In this document: positions 61,716-64,000 of the stretch, in pieces
How positions within the stretch are numbered: position 1 is the stretch's first letter
How the letters are laid out: every line of letters starts with the position of its first letter
From: Burkholderiales bacterium
GTDB taxonomy: Bacteria > Pseudomonadota > Gammaproteobacteria > Burkholderiales > SG8-39
Assembly (NCBI GenBank): GCA_014860355.1
Contig: JACZJV010000114.1
Coordinates: forward strand, 2,453 to 66,452
Direction of reading: 5' to 3'
DNA length: 64,000 nt
The notes under the pieces: model-generated
Database searches by the model: none
Seen by the model: the letters and a program-made list of their open reading frames with translations, nothing else
What the model was told of the DNA's origin: nothing
Position numbers and translations under genes: made by a program

Positions 61716-62198
61716 TTACTGCGGCTGCAGATCAAATTCCTGCGGCGCCTGCACGCGGAAGCGGCCCAGCCGCTCGAGCGGTCGCGCCAGCTTGAGCAGG
61801 GCCTTGTCGCGCGTGAGCAGATGGCTCGCGCGCGCATGCCAGGCGAGTTCGAGAAATTTCTGGTCGTCGGGATCCTCGCACCGGGGCATGCCGGCCATAG
61901 CGCCGGGTTCGGGTATGGCAAATACCCTTGCGAATGCCGTGTAGCGCTCGAACGCCAGCAGCTGCGCCGCGGCATCCAGCTTCACCTGCGCGTAGCCCAG
62001 GGCGCGGCGCAGTTCCTGCAAACACGCGCTGCTGGTCGCCGCCTGCAGCAGGCCGCGCTCGATCGCGTCTGCGACGGGGCGCACGCGCGGATCGCCGAAG
62101 GCGACCCAGTCGAGGACGACATTCGTGTCCAGCACCAGCAAGGGAGCAGGCGCGGTCTGCCTGGCGGTGAAGGGCGCGGGCGCATGGTGCGGATACAT
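61716..62198 (-). CDS. PIN-domain protein (putative toxin-type nuclease, TIGR00305-like)
   Basis: 160 aa. LLVLDTNVVLDW, DPDDQKFLELA and LLTRDKALL place acidic residues at the PIN positions. Same orientation as the HtrA-like gene and 62 nt upstream of it. Confidence 0.7.
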   Translation of the reverse strand: MYPHHAPAPFTARQTAPAPLLVLDTNVVLDWVAFGDPRVRPVADAIERGLLQAATSSACLQELRRALGYAQVKLDAAAQLLAFERYTAFARVFAIPEPGAMAGMPRCEDPDDQKFLELAWHARASHLLTRDKALLKLARPLERLGRFRVQAPQEFDLQPQ

Positions 62199-62346
62199 GG
62201 GTGCCAGTTTAGCCCAGGCGCGGGGTACTATTCAGTCTGGAGTCGATTCTGGAATTGACCGAATCGACTCTGCTGGATGGGGGGTGTGCACAGATGCATC
62301 CCCTCGTTTTGAAACGAGCGCTGGGCAGCACATCAGGGATAGCTTC

Positions 62347-63486
62347 ATGTTTCCGTTAATCGAACTCTGCGGTTCCTCGAGCGAGCGCGGGCAACAGCAC
62401 GGCCTGCAGGCGAAGGCGCGCATCGATCGCTCGGTCGCCACCTACGCGCGCCTGTTCGCCTACTGCGGCATCGACTGGCAGGGTGCGCAGCGTCTGGGCT
62501 CGGCTTATCGCGACTTGATCGGCGATCTGGATGCCGCGCTGCTGGCCGAGATCGAGGGCATCGCCGCCGGGTCCGGCCGCAGCGTGGCCGAAATCCTCGC
62601 ACTCAATGCGCGCACCGAAATCCTGCCGCCGAGTTATCCCGGCGAAGCGCATCCTGACCGAGACAGAATTGCCGCCGCCAACCTGAAGCGCGGCGTGCCC
62701 GACTGGGGCGAGTGCACCGCCGTCGCGGTGAAGCCGGCGCTGAGCACAACCGGCACGACGCTGCTCGCGCAGAACTGGGACTGGCTCGGCGCGCAGCGCG
62801 CGGCGCTGGTGCTGCTGCGCGTGCGCAACGCCGAGGGCGCCTCCTGCCTTACGCTGACCGAGGCGGGCATGCTCGCCAAAATCGGGCTCAACGATCGCGG
62901 ATTCGGCGTCTGCCTCAATATCCTGCGTTCGTCCGACGACGGCGCGCATCCCGGCGTGCCGGTGCACGTACTGCTGCGCGCGCTGCTGGAGCGCAACAGC
63001 GTCGCCGACGCGGTGGAATTCGCGTCCAAGCTCGATTTCGGCGCTTCGTCCAACGTGCTCTGCGCCGACGCGTCGGGTGACACGGCCGCGCTGGAGTTTT
63101 CGCCGCGCGGCCTCGAAGTGGTGCGCGGCGCGGATGCGGCGCTGTGCCACACCAATCATTTTCTCGCGCCGGGCGCGGCGAAGCACCAGGCTACACTCGC
63201 GGGCAGTTTGTCCACGGTGCCGCGGCTCGCGCGCATCCGCGCGCTGACGCGGGCACATCAGGGGAAATTTTCACCGGCCGACTTGCAGCGCATGCTGCGC
63301 GACGAAGCCGGCGGATACCTTTCGATCTGCCGCAATCCCGACCCCACGCTCGCACCCGAGGCCTGCATCGAAACCGTCGCCTCGGTGGTGATGGACCTCG
63401 GAGCGCGCGTGATGCACCTTGCGCCGGACCTGCCTACACGCGTCGCATACGTGCCGGTAGCGCTGGGCGAGGCCGTCGCGGCCTGA
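62347..63486 (+). CDS. C45-family peptidase (acyl-CoA:6-APA acyltransferase-like, autoproteolytic)
   Basis: ATG 62347 in ORF 62125..63486. MFPLIELCGSSSERGQQHG..., the GECTAV nucleophile context, LLAQNWDW and TNHF. Confidence 0.8.
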   Translation: MFPLIELCGSSSERGQQHGLQAKARIDRSVATYARLFAYCGIDWQGAQRLGSAYRDLIGDLDAALLAEIEGIAAGSGRSVAEILALNARTEILPPSYPGEAHPDRDRIAAANLKRGVPDWGECTAVAVKPALSTTGTTLLAQNWDWLGAQRAALVLLRVRNAEGASCLTLTEAGMLAKIGLNDRGFGVCLNILRSSDDGAHPGVPVHVLLRALLERNSVADAVEFASKLDFGASSNVLCADASGDTAALEFSPRGLEVVRGADAALCHTNHFLAPGAAKHQATLAGSLSTVPRLARIRALTRAHQGKFSPADLQRMLRDEAGGYLSICRNPDPTLAPEACIETVASVVMDLGARVMHLAPDLPTRVAYVPVALGEAVAA

Positions 63487-63499
63487 GCTCGGGTCTCGC

Positions 63500-63808
63500 C
63501 TACGCCGGCGAGAGGATGTGAATCAAGCGGCTTGCGATCATGTCCTTGGTCTTCGCACCGTATGCCGCCATGTGCGGCGCGGCCGCATGCGCTTTCAACG
63601 CGTCCATGCTTTCCCATTTTTCGATCACCAGCATGGTGTCGGGGCCGTACGTCGTCTGAAACTTGGGGCCGTCCGCGAGATCGACTGCGGCGCCGTACTC
63701 GATGCAGCCTTGTTCGGCTTTGACCGCGGGGACATTGGCACGGAACGCCTGCAATATGGAGTCGCGCATTCCGGGCTTGGCGGTGATGACTGCGATGACG
63801 TGGATCAT
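63500..63808 (-). CDS. Antibiotic-biosynthesis-monooxygenase (ABM) domain protein / putative quinol monooxygenase
   Basis: 102 aa. MIHVIAVITAKPGMRDSILQAF...GCIEY...MLVIEKWESMDALKAHAAAPHM is a typical YgiN-like ABM pattern. Confidence 0.8.
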   Translation of the reverse strand: MIHVIAVITAKPGMRDSILQAFRANVPAVKAEQGCIEYGAAVDLADGPKFQTTYGPDTMLVIEKWESMDALKAHAAAPHMAAYGAKTKDMIASRLIHILSPA

Positions 63809-63907
63809 GGTTATTGCTCCTTGGGTAAGCTTACTGCGTGCGCAGGGGCGGCCGGCCTTGGATGGCTCGAGCCCGCCGCTCCCTCCTCGGCTCAGCCGCG
63901 GCCAACT

Positions 63908-64000
63908 TCATAGCAAAACGATGGCGGCGGCGAGTATCGTCGCGACGCCGACACCTAGGGTAAAAACAGTCCTGTCGCGCGCGTTCCACCCGTCGTTTCG
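63908..64000 (-). CDS. 3' end of an unidentified CDS entering from the right edge
   Basis: My translation of the minus strand gives ...RNDGWNARDRTVFTLGVGVATILAAAIVLL-stop (stop = 63910..63908). Hydrophobic C-terminal helix. Too short to identify. Confidence 0.3.
   Translation of the reverse strand, partial: RNDGWNARDRTVFTLGVGVATILAAAIVLL

Overview
High-GC (about 65 %) chromosomal segment whose gene content and synteny look betaproteobacterial; that taxonomic call is inference only. Coding density is about 90 %, mostly housekeeping and catabolic genes. From left to right: a TonB-dependent receptor (5' part only) behind a cobalamin riboswitch; zapB-like/zapA followed by a 6S RNA; EVE-domain protein, hemE, priA, argS, a SPOR protein and two tandem DsbA paralogues; an SDR and a BtuF-like binding protein; a LIV-type ABC transporter; phaC; liuR-ivd-thiolase-ACAD; FKBP, HCCA isomerase, an MDR oxidoreductase and hemG; an M20 peptidase, Dpp-type peptide ABC transporter and M81/MlrC peptidase; then liuB-liuC-liuD-liuE, DUF1289 and an MBL hydrolase; a second LIV-type ABC transporter flanked by two CoA ligases; a Crp/Fnr regulator and a histidine phosphatase; and finally an HtrA-like/PDZ protein, a PIN protein, a C45 peptidase and an ABM monooxygenase. 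Two lower-GC accessory islands interrupt this backbone. The first (about 36.2-41.1 kb) carries a VOC protein, a flavin monooxygenase and an AraC regulator, with long ORF-free stretches. The second (about 47.6-50.3 kb) carries a truncated gene remnant translationally coupled to an AlbA_2/Schlafen-type ATP-binding protein, followed by a short DprA/SLOG-like protein. This second island is the best candidate for a decayed or uncharacterised conflict (defence) module. Other points of interest are a DnaA-box cluster between hemE and priA, a family of long perfect palindromes (REP-like) at three intergenic sites, an SDR gene with no canonical start codon, an HtrA-like protein in which all three catalytic residues appear substituted, and an intra-operon terminator hairpin. 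I saw no rRNA, tRNA, CRISPR array, transposase or integrase. All homology calls come from by-eye motif recognition, not from searches.
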